Virus record (IMG/VR): IMGVR_UViG_3300014205_000205
Coordinates: 20,135 to 84,134 of that record
Length of the DNA: 64,000 bases
From: a virus
Taxonomy: Duplodnaviria; Caudoviricetes
Strand: one strand, 5' to 3'
Positions 17,351 to 26,165 of the stretch are shown piece by piece. The notes beneath the pieces are model-generated. The model searched no databases. It was given only the letters and a program-made list of their open reading frames with translations, and was not told the origin of the DNA. Every line of letters begins with the position of its first letter. The stretch's first letter is position 1. Made by a program: the position numbers and the translations under genes.

Positions 17351-18547
17351 CTAAAATTGCTCCATCCACGTAAATGCGACAAAAACATCTGCAGCCGCAC
17401 TGCTCTTGGCGGTCACGGTCAAATGCTCGCCCGGACGCATATTCAACGCGAATAGGCTAAGATCCAAAAACAACTGATCAGCTTTTGCCATTTGGAGAGC
17501 GAAGGCCAGGATGCCGCTAGAGGCCGCAGTGCTCGCGACATTGATTTGCGCCACAGATGTCAAGGCGTTGAAATCGGTATATGCTGATGTACTGGTGACA
17601 ATCGGGTTTTTGTATGCCTGGATCGTGACTGGCTTCGTGCCATCCGTCGCCAGGCTGATGGCGTCGGACCGAATACGGACCTTGTTCACCACGCTTTGGT
17701 ACGTCGTCGAGTTGCGCAGGGTGAACAGTGGGACTTCGGCGGTGATCGAAGCCTTTGACGTCTCATAGGTATGGTGGACGTCATAGACCTCTTGAATGGC
17801 CGGTCCCTCAGTGGCGCCCATCGCGCTGCCGGTCTTGAGGGCGATGCTCGTATTGTTTGTGGTATTCTTGACTTCCGCCATGCAGGGTAATGTCGGATGC
17901 GTCAGACTTGGAGCGGTGTTGGCGTTAGCATAGTGAATGCGGTGAACATCGACGAACTTTCCGCTCGCGGGGTTTTCCACTGCGAACTCGATGGCGCCGA
18001 ACCCCAACCATTGATAACGGATCTGGTATACGTTGCCTTTTGTTGGGTCTAGTGTCATCCCGGACGAAGTGGTACCATCCATTTCGTCAAGGTTCCAGGA
18101 TGTTTGGGATGTCCATGTATCAACACCGTTGTTGCGGTGCAGAACTCCGAACGCTGCGCCGTTGTAGCCGAAGAAGAATCCATCAGTCTCATCGCCAGCG
18201 CCAATAATTTGTGTGCTGCCAACCACACCAGACGTAAAGATGGCTGTGAAGCGTACCACCGCGCCCACTCCTGGTATGTACCGGATCAGGTGGGTGGAGG
18301 CGATCTTGGCCGAACTGTTGGTCTGGGCGCCGGTCGCCAGAACCCCCAATCCTGATGCCGTCGTGATTGTGCCCGCCCCTGTCACTGCGGAGTCAACCAA
18401 CTCGCTGTTGATTTTCTGCGCCAAATTCCATCCCGAGGAGACATTCAGTTGGCTGGTGACAATCTCGCCAAACGCCCCCTGCGCTCTTGCAAGCTCAAAC
18501 ACTGACAGTTGGTTAACGTTACCCGGCATGTGGCGAACGACAGCCAT
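17351..18547 (-). CDS. Putative virion beta-sandwich (lectin-like) protein
   Basis: 398 aa, Gly/Ser/Thr-rich, NVYQIRYQWLGFGAIEF motif; inside head module. Confidence 0.45.
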   Translation of the reverse strand: MAVVRHMPGNVNQLSVFELARAQGAFGEIVTSQLNVSSGWNLAQKINSELVDSAVTGAGTITTASGLGVLATGAQTNSSAKIASTHLIRYIPGVGAVVRFTAIFTSGVVGSTQIIGAGDETDGFFFGYNGAAFGVLHRNNGVDTWTSQTSWNLDEMDGTTSSGMTLDPTKGNVYQIRYQWLGFGAIEFAVENPASGKFVDVHRIHYANANTAPSLTHPTLPCMAEVKNTTNNTSIALKTGSAMGATEGPAIQEVYDVHHTYETSKASITAEVPLFTLRNSTTYQSVVNKVRIRSDAISLATDGTKPVTIQAYKNPIVTSTSAYTDFNALTSVAQINVASTAASSGILAFALQMAKADQLFLDLSLFALNMRPGEHLTVTAKSSAAADVFVAFTWMEQF

Positions 18548-18562
18548 TTCGTCCGCCTCCTT

Positions 18563-19453
18563 TTATTTCGGGATTTCAGTGACCAGCGCGACGGCACACC
18601 GGCAACTCGGGTGGAGTGTCGGTCCTGATATCAGTCCGGCGTCCGATTGAAATGGTTCGCCAATCGGCACCTTTTGACCATCCATCGCCAAGCATCTAGG
18701 GCACGTTCGCGGACTGTCTACCGCTGCGATCCATTCCTGCATGGACATACTCAGAAGCAAGCCCTCTGCCCTGGCCTCTTCCCAAGCATACTGGGAACCT
18801 CTAGAGGCTGCGTTTATAGTCTCGGTGCGAGCGATGTTCTCGGCTCGTCGGCGCAAGAGCTTCTTTTCGTAGGTCTCAGCCATCTTGTTCGCTGCCGAAA
18901 CCGACCTGGTGCCATCCATTGCGACCGTCTTCCAGTACTTCAGAGCAGTGTTTGCATCCCGCTCTGTCAGCCCAACCATCTCTTTGATGGCTTTCGCTGA
19001 TTGGTACGGGTGCACACCAGTCTCAAATGCGTTTCGGATCACGCTTTTGATGGCCTTGCGGGTCTCATCACCAATCTGCACCACGAGTTCGGCCGTGTGT
19101 GTGTCGATCCACTGGTAGACGTATGGGTTTTGCAGGTCGAATTTCATCGTCAGCCGCATGTGCTCCAGTTCGAGCTTCCCGGCCCTTTCCAGGGCTTGCG
19201 CCATCAAGGAAGCGCTCTCGACCACGAATAGGTTCGAGGCGGCTGTCCAGTCCATGCGGTCCAATATGCCAGCAGGGTCGCCGGATTCAACTGCCCGAAT
19301 GACGTCTTCAACGGTCACATCGCGTTTGAGTGTCTGCGAGTAGCCTGCAATTGTCTTGTCCCAGCCTGTGGTCAATTCGGTGGATAAGGTCTGTGATTGC
19401 CGTAGATGGCGGTCTAACTCGGGGTCTAGCTTGCGTACCCACTGCCAGGTCAT
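18563..19453 (-). CDS. Head morphogenesis protein (SPP1 gp7 / Mu gpF family)
   Basis: RAENIARTE, CPRC...GQKV, PTLHPSCRC. Confidence 0.9.
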   Translation of the reverse strand: MTWQWVRKLDPELDRHLRQSQTLSTELTTGWDKTIAGYSQTLKRDVTVEDVIRAVESGDPAGILDRMDWTAASNLFVVESASLMAQALERAGKLELEHMRLTMKFDLQNPYVYQWIDTHTAELVVQIGDETRKAIKSVIRNAFETGVHPYQSAKAIKEMVGLTERDANTALKYWKTVAMDGTRSVSAANKMAETYEKKLLRRRAENIARTETINAASRGSQYAWEEARAEGLLLSMSMQEWIAAVDSPRTCPRCLAMDGQKVPIGEPFQSDAGLISGPTLHPSCRCAVALVTEIPK

Positions 19454-20754
19454 AGGACCTCCACTTGTTCAGGCTCGGGCAGGTTGGCCATACGTCGCAT
19501 TTCAGTTTCCAACACCGGATCCGGTGTGATGATGCCGACCTTGGCCAGATTGGCGACGTAGTTGCCCACTGCTTCTAGCGCGGGCTTCTCGATCGGCCCG
19601 GGGACCAACGTTGGCAATTTCTCCAGCTTCATGTTGTTCAATGCGAACAATCGGGGGATGGCGAACCGGTTGAAGATGGAAGCGATCATGTCCAGCCAGG
19701 CGGAGATAGCCAGGCCGAAGAGTTCGGTCTTATCCGATGAGAGAGCGAAGCTGCCGACTTTGTCGGTCCCCAGGAACATGAATTCGGCTAACACCGACAT
19801 AGCGATCCGGGTCTCGTACCGCTTGATCGGCTTGTCTGAATCCACTTGCCGTTGCCCGCCCGAGGTAGCTAGCCTGAATTTGTACCCAGTTTTGATCGCA
19901 GTTCCATTGTCGTCGGTGTACTCCTCGGCGGGGATGACCAGCCCCTCGCGCTCATCTCGCTTGATCTCACTGATCATCGTCTCGAATTCGGCCCGTAATG
20001 CGGCGTCAGTTGATCCGGCTTCGGCGGTCATAATGTGCAGAGGAACTTCCATGATCGTCAGCCCGGTGGCGTCCCGCTCCATCGCAATCGCTTCGAGTTC
20101 CTGGAAACGCTTAACAAAAAACCAAGAGCGGTAGGCGTTGCGAAGAATGCTACGGCCCTCGGGGTTCCCTTTGGTCGTCTCCGTCCGGAACAGCAAGGCC
20201 TTCTCGATGGGGATAAAGACCCGCTCGAACGTCGGCGGCGCCGACTGCCACATACCGGTGACAGACCCGTCGTCGAGGTCGAATTCCCAGTCGCTCAGCG
20301 TCTCCTGGGATCGGATTTCGATCTTGCGCCAGCCGATCTTGTTGTCCGTGTAAACGCTTCGAGATTCAGGGGGGCCAGTCGGGCCGCCTCGGCGCTTGTA
20401 CACGATCTCGAAGAAAGACCACCCGGCCCACAGCATGGAAAGAACCTCGCTGATGAGGTCGCCCCAGGTATGTGACATGTCCGCCCGGCACTCGGCCAGG
20501 AATTGGGCGGCATCGACGTCGACCCTATCTTCGGATGCGGCCTTTTCGGTCCAGGTTGACTGGCGCACCAACATCTTGATCAAAAACAAAAAGGCGCCCA
20601 CTATGGCGTCGTTGTCTCGCATTTCTTGGTAGATCTTAATGGCCTGCGTACCGCGGAGCTTAGGGTGAAGCTCTTCATAAACGTGGCCGCCGTATCGGTT
20701 AAGACCTGTCCGACCGTATATCTGTGTGATCTTCTTTTTCTCGACAGCCACCAA
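19450..20754 (-). CDS. Portal protein (DUF935 / Mu gp29-like)
   Basis: 434 aa, GWSFFEIVY, NPEGRSILRNAY, GSFALS motifs; precedes gpF-like gene. Confidence 0.85.
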   Translation of the reverse strand: MVAVEKKKITQIYGRTGLNRYGGHVYEELHPKLRGTQAIKIYQEMRDNDAIVGAFLFLIKMLVRQSTWTEKAASEDRVDVDAAQFLAECRADMSHTWGDLISEVLSMLWAGWSFFEIVYKRRGGPTGPPESRSVYTDNKIGWRKIEIRSQETLSDWEFDLDDGSVTGMWQSAPPTFERVFIPIEKALLFRTETTKGNPEGRSILRNAYRSWFFVKRFQELEAIAMERDATGLTIMEVPLHIMTAEAGSTDAALRAEFETMISEIKRDEREGLVIPAEEYTDDNGTAIKTGYKFRLATSGGQRQVDSDKPIKRYETRIAMSVLAEFMFLGTDKVGSFALSSDKTELFGLAISAWLDMIASIFNRFAIPRLFALNNMKLEKLPTLVPGPIEKPALEAVGNYVANLAKVGIITPDPVLETEMRRMANLPEPEQVEVL

Positions 20755-20757
20755 TCA

Positions 20758-21417
20758 TCACCTCCCCAGTAGCTCCCGGTAATCGGTGTGTCCGGGTTGA
20801 ACACTCTGGTGCAGGGCCCGGATTAGGTCGAGGTCGGCAGGCGTGTCCAACGTCCACCGCAGCGACGATGTGTCACCGGTGGAGGACACGTTGACGGCCC
20901 CGAAGCGCCCGGGGGCGTGCCATAGATACGGTGTAACGTGCTCTCGGTCAAACTTGCTGCCTGCTTCGTCCCAGGCTGTTTGCAGAGCAGCGATGCTCAT
21001 GACTTCGCAATCCAAGCCGTCCGGGTAACTCGGCGGGTGCACGTTGCTGGCATACTCACAACCGGCCGCCTGGAACTCCTGGATGACCCGAGACACCACG
21101 GTGGGATCGAGCAGCGGGCAATCGGCAGTAATGCGCACCACAACGGTGAGGAGGTGCAGGGCTGCCGCCTTGAAGTAGCGGTCCAATACATCCGTCTCGT
21201 CACCGCGGTAGACCCTGACACCCCACTCCCGGCACTTGGCCGCGATCGCATCGTCCTTCTGTTCCCGGCTGGTGGCCACGACAATGCGCTCAATCTCGGG
21301 AACGAGCTTCACCCGATCAATGACGTGACGGAGAACCGGCTTCCCGCCAAGATCCATGAGGACCTTACCAGGAAGCCGGGTGCTGCCCATGCGGGCCTGT
21401 ATAATCGCGCCGATCAT
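20758..21417 (-). CDS. spsF: SpsF/NeuA-family cytidylyltransferase (CMP-nonulosonate synthetase)
   Basis: IIQARMGSTRLPGKVL, GDETDVLDRY, RITADCPLLDP, REHVTPY, RWTLDT..D. Confidence 0.88.
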   Translation of the reverse strand: MIGAIIQARMGSTRLPGKVLMDLGGKPVLRHVIDRVKLVPEIERIVVATSREQKDDAIAAKCREWGVRVYRGDETDVLDRYFKAAALHLLTVVVRITADCPLLDPTVVSRVIQEFQAAGCEYASNVHPPSYPDGLDCEVMSIAALQTAWDEAGSKFDREHVTPYLWHAPGRFGAVNVSSTGDTSSLRWTLDTPADLDLIRALHQSVQPGHTDYRELLGR

Positions 21418-21485
21418 ACCCAAATAAAGCGCCCCTCTACGAAAAAGCGGCCCCGCACCCGTGGGCACAAGACCTCATCATGGAA

Positions 21486-21518
21486 ATTGTAGGGGATTCG
21501 ACCCCCCGAAAACTGCAA
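21486..21518 (-). promoter_or_regulatory. Candidate activator-dependent late promoter
   Basis: TTGCAG-21 nt-TACAAT at 3' end of ArpU-like gene; same spacing recurs at 46723..46755. Confidence 0.5.
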
Positions 21519-21522
21519 ACCT

Positions 21523-21987
21523 TCACGTTCCAGAACGAGAGAAGATAATCCCCTCGTCCCAGTACGCCAAGGCCAGAGCCAGCAATCCCTTATTGGCGAG
21601 GTAGTACACGTTCCGCTCGCTCATATGCAGCTCAAAGGCCACGCCGGTCGCCGTGTATCTGCCGTCCACCAGGAGCATCTGCAAGACCTGTCGGGTCTCA
21701 CTTTCGAGGCTGGGCAGAGTGTCATCAATCCAGCGGACGCGTTCTCGTTTTTGCGCAACAGTCTTGTTTTGGGCCAGGGCAGACGCTCGACTTCCTACCG
21801 GGTCACCCGGGCCCCCGTTTTGTATTCCTGGTGTCTCGTTCACCGGCGAGGCGAGAATGACGTCCATCTCGGAAACCGCCGCCTGCTTTTTGTGCCTCTG
21901 GTAGTGGCGCAGTTCCTCGCGCACGAACCAAAGGTAGTGCGCTTCTATGACACAGCCATCGATGTGGAATAGGCCAGAACGCCGCAA
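21523..21987 (-). CDS. ArpU/RinA-like late transcriptional regulator
   Basis: WIDDTLPSL...RQVLQM...TGVAFELHMSERNVYY region-4-like HTH. Confidence 0.7.
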   Translation of the reverse strand: MRRSGLFHIDGCVIEAHYLWFVREELRHYQRHKKQAAVSEMDVILASPVNETPGIQNGGPGDPVGSRASALAQNKTVAQKRERVRWIDDTLPSLESETRQVLQMLLVDGRYTATGVAFELHMSERNVYYLANKGLLALALAYWDEGIIFSRSGT

Positions 21988-21999
21988 GCGACCGCCCCC

Positions 22000-23049
22000 T
22001 CAGATATTCACCACGCGCCCGGTGTCCGATGCCTTGCGAGCGGCCTCCACGATCTGAACGGCTCTTAACCCGTCCTCGCCCGTCACCAAGGGCTTTTCCT
22101 CACCGCGGATGCAGGCCAGGAAGTGCCGTAGTTCGGCCCGGTACATGTCGTCGGGATGGAACGGTTGGGCTTGCCCTTGGTGCTCGTAGGTGTGCTTCCC
22201 GGCTTTTTTGGACACCTTGACTACCCACGCGTTGAAGTTCCAGTCAATACTCCCGGTATCTCCGACAATCCGGCATCCTCGCTGTGCTTCTTGGTCCAAG
22301 TAGTCCAAGTGGATGCTGGCCTGGACTCCACTCTCAAACCGCACTACCAGGTCGGCGATATCCTCCGTCTCGATCTGCAGAGCGCCCGAGTTCTGCATCG
22401 TGCAGGATACGCTCACAGGCTGCCCGAACAGCCAGCAGGCGTAGTCCAGTTCATGGCTGGCATCCATGAGAATGCCGCCCCCGGTTTTCCGTGAGGCGGC
22501 ATAGTTGGTACGGTAGTCGATCCCTGGGCGCCAGTCTGGCAGATAGGATCCGAAGTGGATGGAGGCGTGGCGGACCGTGCCAATGGCACCGGAGTCGATG
22601 ATCCCCTTCGTTCGGCGTAGGCCGGGATGGAAACGCAAACAGTATCCGACGAGAAGGGGCACCTCTTCCGTGTCAGCATGGAGGAGGATATGTTCGGCAT
22701 CGTTCAGATCGTGGGCCAATGGTTTCTCGATCATCACCGCCGACATTCTGCCGTCCACGATGGCTTCCCGTGCGGCATCATAATGCAGATGGTTCGGTGT
22801 GGCGATGATAGCGCCATCGTATTGTTCGCAAATGCCGCGGTAGGTGCCCCAAACCTTGAATGGCCACTTGCACCCTTGTTTTTCCGAGATTGTCGGCGAC
22901 CCGTATTCCCTGTATAGCGCCAATCCCGCCCGCGGATCCGTATCGCAAGCGTCGACTTCCACCCCCATCTCTTTGAGCAGTCGAATGTGCCGGCGTCCGA
23001 TGGAGCCGCAACCCACGACCAAGATCTTCAGGGGCTTATCATTTGGCAA
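22000..23049 (-). CDS. Gfo/Idh/MocA family oxidoreductase
   Basis: VVGCGSIGRRH, IATPNHLH, MIEKP, VGYCLRF, GGGILMDASHELD; TTG start 23049 with GGAGGT RBS. Confidence 0.9.
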   Translation of the reverse strand: MPNDKPLKILVVGCGSIGRRHIRLLKEMGVEVDACDTDPRAGLALYREYGSPTISEKQGCKWPFKVWGTYRGICEQYDGAIIATPNHLHYDAAREAIVDGRMSAVMIEKPLAHDLNDAEHILLHADTEEVPLLVGYCLRFHPGLRRTKGIIDSGAIGTVRHASIHFGSYLPDWRPGIDYRTNYAASRKTGGGILMDASHELDYACWLFGQPVSVSCTMQNSGALQIETEDIADLVVRFESGVQASIHLDYLDQEAQRGCRIVGDTGSIDWNFNAWVVKVSKKAGKHTYEHQGQAQPFHPDDMYRAELRHFLACIRGEEKPLVTGEDGLRAVQIVEAARKASDTGRVVNI

Positions 23050-23480
23050 GTCATTGTTACCTCCGTCTCTGTTCGCCTGGTCTCCGCGTACCCAGCCTGG
23101 GCGAAGGCCTTTTGGGATGCTGTGTTCTCCGTCTTGATCACAGCCTTGATGGTCTTGACCCCAACCTTCTGCATCTCGGCGTTTCCCAGCCGCAGTATTT
23201 CTGCCCCCACTCCGCAGCCACGATGGCCCGGCGCCACCGTCACACTGACGAATGCCTCGCCACCCTCGACGTCGTAGCGGACGGTACCCAGCGAAAGACC
23301 GGCCCGCCGAGCGATGAACAGGCGCCGGCTCGAATCCTCCATAACATTTCGTAGCCACTGGAGGTGCTCTTTCCACGAGACGGGCTTCGAGTCGAACATC
23401 ATCGCCCTAGTGGTCGGATGATTGCGCCAGACGTACAGCAGCGATGCGTCCTCCATAATAGCTCGTCGCAGAGCGGTCAT
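23028..23480 (-). CDS. PseH-like GNAT N-acetyltransferase
   Basis: LRRA..EDA.LL..WRN...R.M, EHLQW, HRGCGVG, N.AS...F...GY. Confidence 0.8.
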   Translation of the reverse strand: MTALRRAIMEDASLLYVWRNHPTTRAMMFDSKPVSWKEHLQWLRNVMEDSSRRLFIARRAGLSLGTVRYDVEGGEAFVSVTVAPGHRGCGVGAEILRLGNAEMQKVGVKTIKAVIKTENTASQKAFAQAGYAETRRTETEVTMTCQMISP

Positions 23481-24301
23481 CGGATCTCCCTCACAAGCTG
23501 GAAGGCTTCGGCGGCCATCAGGCCGGACTGGGCGCCCCGGAGCATGGCCTGCGCCCGCAGGGCCTCTGGCGATCGCGGGTGCGGAAACGGCCGCCGCTCA
23601 GTCTCATACATCTCCATGGCTTGAATCTTCTTCTCCAGGTAGTCACCCGAGATGTCCACGAAGGTGGTAGGCCGGAATGCCGGTTCCGTGCTGAAAGCCC
23701 ATTCGGTCGAGCTGGCCACCTCGTAGGCATAGACACTCTTTACGGAGCAGCCCGGAACCGGCCGCGTTGCGATCAGAGTAGCATGCGCCATTGCCCGGTG
23801 ATCCTGATTCAGGTCCCCAATGTGATGGGTATACACCACTTCTGGCTGGTATAAGTCGAGCAGGTGCTTGATAACTTCAGAGATGTCCAAGCCGCCGATT
23901 GTGTCCAGACGTTGGTCTGGCAAGTTTCCGAAGCTAACGATGGAAGCTCCTAGAAACTTGGAGGCGTTATCAGCTTGACTCATCAACGTCTCTAGTTCTG
24001 CCGTTGTCGTCGTGCCTCGTGATGTTAGGCCGGTTGCCAGTATGCCGATGCTTACCTCGTGGCCCTCGGCCGCCAGGCGGGCAATGGTACCGCCGCATCC
24101 AAGGCACTCATCGTCTGGATGTGCGGCCAAGACGAGAATCCGCTTGCTTTTGGCGCTCGGCTGACGCGGCGCTACCATGGCTTGGTCGGCCTTACACACA
24201 TGGCAGAAATTCGGACCACCGCACCGCATCTGTTTCCCGTCGGGACGGGGGAACACCCGCCCGTGTCCGCTATTTGGATTAGCTGGATTGTAACGTTCCA
24301 A
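23477..24301 (-). CDS. PIG-L/LmbE family N-acyl-sugar deacetylase with N-terminal Cys-rich extension
   Basis: LVLAAHPDDECLGCGG, HHIGDLNQDH, KIQAMEMYETE.R..PHPRS. Confidence 0.9.
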   Translation of the reverse strand: MERYNPANPNSGHGRVFPRPDGKQMRCGGPNFCHVCKADQAMVAPRQPSAKSKRILVLAAHPDDECLGCGGTIARLAAEGHEVSIGILATGLTSRGTTTTAELETLMSQADNASKFLGASIVSFGNLPDQRLDTIGGLDISEVIKHLLDLYQPEVVYTHHIGDLNQDHRAMAHATLIATRPVPGCSVKSVYAYEVASSTEWAFSTEPAFRPTTFVDISGDYLEKKIQAMEMYETERRPFPHPRSPEALRAQAMLRGAQSGLMAAEAFQLVREIR

Positions 24302-24317
24302 GTAAAATACGTCCTTT

Positions 24318-24965
24318 CTAAGCCCACCAAGTCTGATGGGTGTCCAAGTCCAATAGAGAAAGGCGCCCTCCCCAGACGGCGCCCGTGTCGATGCCTATTT
24401 TGTCGGGTCCGCGCCACACCTCGTAGCTGCCGTGCAGCAGATGCGTCGGTGTGTGGCCGAAGACCACTCGTTTACCGCGGTAACCCTCGTGGAACTCCCC
24501 GCGGATCCAAAGGAGGTCATCTGGTGTCTGTTCGCTCAACGGAACTCCCGGCCGCAGGCCCGCATGGACGAGGATGCAGTCAGGCTCCTCGTGGTAGAGT
24601 GGCAAGCCGGCGAGGAAGTTGACCACGTGGTCCGGGATAGCACCGCCGAAGTCTGCCATAGTTTTGTCTCCGCCTTGTTGCATCCACACTTGGCGGTCCC
24701 ACTCGCGCATCCAGGCATGGCGACTTGCATCTCCTTGCAGGTAGGCCAGCATTACAGCGTCGTGGTTGCCAAGGACGGCCTTCGCCCCTCGGTCTACCAG
24801 GTCCATCACAAGGTGAATGGTTGAGGCCGCGTCCGCCCCTCGGTCCATGTAATCGCCCAACAAAAAAAGCCGGTCGCTCTCCGGCTTGTAGTGGGCCATA
24901 TCCAGGATTTGCAGCAGTCGATGTCCTTCGCTGTGGATGTCTGCCACGGCCAGCCTACGACCCAC
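24318..24965 (-). CDS. Calcineurin-like metallophosphoesterase
   Basis: DIH, GDYMDRG, GNHD, VHAG, FGHTP, IDTG motifs. Confidence 0.9.
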   Translation of the reverse strand: MGRRLAVADIHSEGHRLLQILDMAHYKPESDRLFLLGDYMDRGADAASTIHLVMDLVDRGAKAVLGNHDAVMLAYLQGDASRHAWMREWDRQVWMQQGGDKTMADFGGAIPDHVVNFLAGLPLYHEEPDCILVHAGLRPGVPLSEQTPDDLLWIRGEFHEGYRGKRVVFGHTPTHLLHGSYEVWRGPDKIGIDTGAVWGGRLSLLDLDTHQTWWA

Positions 24966-25899
24966 GGCGAATCTCCTCCAACACTTGGGCCAGGCGTTCC
25001 TTGCGGGATTTGGGGTGCCAGTCTAAATGTGGTGAAGGATATAGATTCATCGTCGGTTGCTTCACGGCGCCACAGACGACCGAGGTTCCCGGCACTAAGC
25101 CGGTGATTTCATGGGCAAGTACGGCCAGGCTGCATGTTTCCGACCCGGTGACATCGGTGGTAAGGCCCTCCGCCCAGTTGGCATTGAAGGGCGTCCATTT
25201 GACGGCGGCCAAGAAAGCGCCAGCAACATCCTCGATGTGCATGACGTTGAGCGGCAATGGGTAGGGCGCGGTCACCCGCACTTCGCTTTTGGCCAAGGCG
25301 TCCCGGCATATTTGGTAGACAACGCCTTCTCTGCGATCTCCGCCAAACACTCCGGGCAGTCGCAGAATCGAGACGGTCAAGCCCTGTTTCCTACCCATTT
25401 GAAGAACCTGTTCCGCAGCCAACTTACTGGCCGCGTAGTGATCCAAAGGATCAGCGAGGAGTTCATCATCGCACGTACCGCCATAAGCCAGAACGCCGTA
25501 TACCGCCTGCGTGCTGGCAAAGATCAGGTGCTTTACCCCAGCCTTAAGGCAGTAGTCCAAGACGTTGGCCGTTGCTACTACGTTGTCACGGTACAGCCGG
25601 GCGATGTCGCAAGGCCCGGGTACGGGCGGCAAATCGGCCCCTTCGGGATTTGGCAGAAGGCTGATGTCTACCCGCCCCGCCAGGTGGATGACGACGTCGG
25701 GCGGCCGCTCCTCGATCAGTTTGCCAAAGCCCTTGGACAAGTCGCAGAACCATCGCCTCTCCGGCCCTCCCGCATACCGCCGCACATGTGGCTCGTTCGG
25801 CCAGTTGCACAGCGGTATGGCGTAGTGACCAGCCTTCTGCAACTTCGGCACCAGATGCCTGCCAATATAGCCTTCCGCCCCGGTGACTAGGATTCTCAC
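24955..25899 (-). CDS. NAD-dependent epimerase/dehydratase (extended SDR)
   Basis: TGAEGYIG, VVIHLAG, FASTQAVYG, YAASK, LRLPGVFG. Confidence 0.9.
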   Translation of the reverse strand: MRILVTGAEGYIGRHLVPKLQKAGHYAIPLCNWPNEPHVRRYAGGPERRWFCDLSKGFGKLIEERPPDVVIHLAGRVDISLLPNPEGADLPPVPGPCDIARLYRDNVVATANVLDYCLKAGVKHLIFASTQAVYGVLAYGGTCDDELLADPLDHYAASKLAAEQVLQMGRKQGLTVSILRLPGVFGGDRREGVVYQICRDALAKSEVRVTAPYPLPLNVMHIEDVAGAFLAAVKWTPFNANWAEGLTTDVTGSETCSLAVLAHEITGLVPGTSVVCGAVKQPTMNLYPSPHLDWHPKSRKERLAQVLEEIRRGS

Positions 25900-25928
25900 G
25901 CGTTACACTCCTTTTACAGGCGGACGTC

Positions 25929-26165
25929 TCAGCCGCGCAAGATCTTATCGACGGTCGTATACGTTTCAAGCACTTCCCGCCAATCGTCGCCATAGCGTCC
26001 AAGAAGCGCCGTGGCTTTACGCAACCAATCACCGTGAGCATATCTTTTCCAGTCAGGGTGGTTTCCGATGTGCTCATAGCCCCATGAGCACTGGTCAATG
26101 TGACTGAGCTTACAGAAACGCTCATGCAATTCGATCGCAACCGATTGCTCAGCAGTCAAGCTCAT
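25929..26165 (-). CDS. Hypothetical protein
   Basis: ATGA-coupled to ATP-grasp gene. Confidence 0.55.
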   Translation of the reverse strand: MSLTAEQSVAIELHERFCKLSHIDQCSWGYEHIGNHPDWKRYAHGDWLRKATALLGRYGDDWREVLETYTTVDKILRG

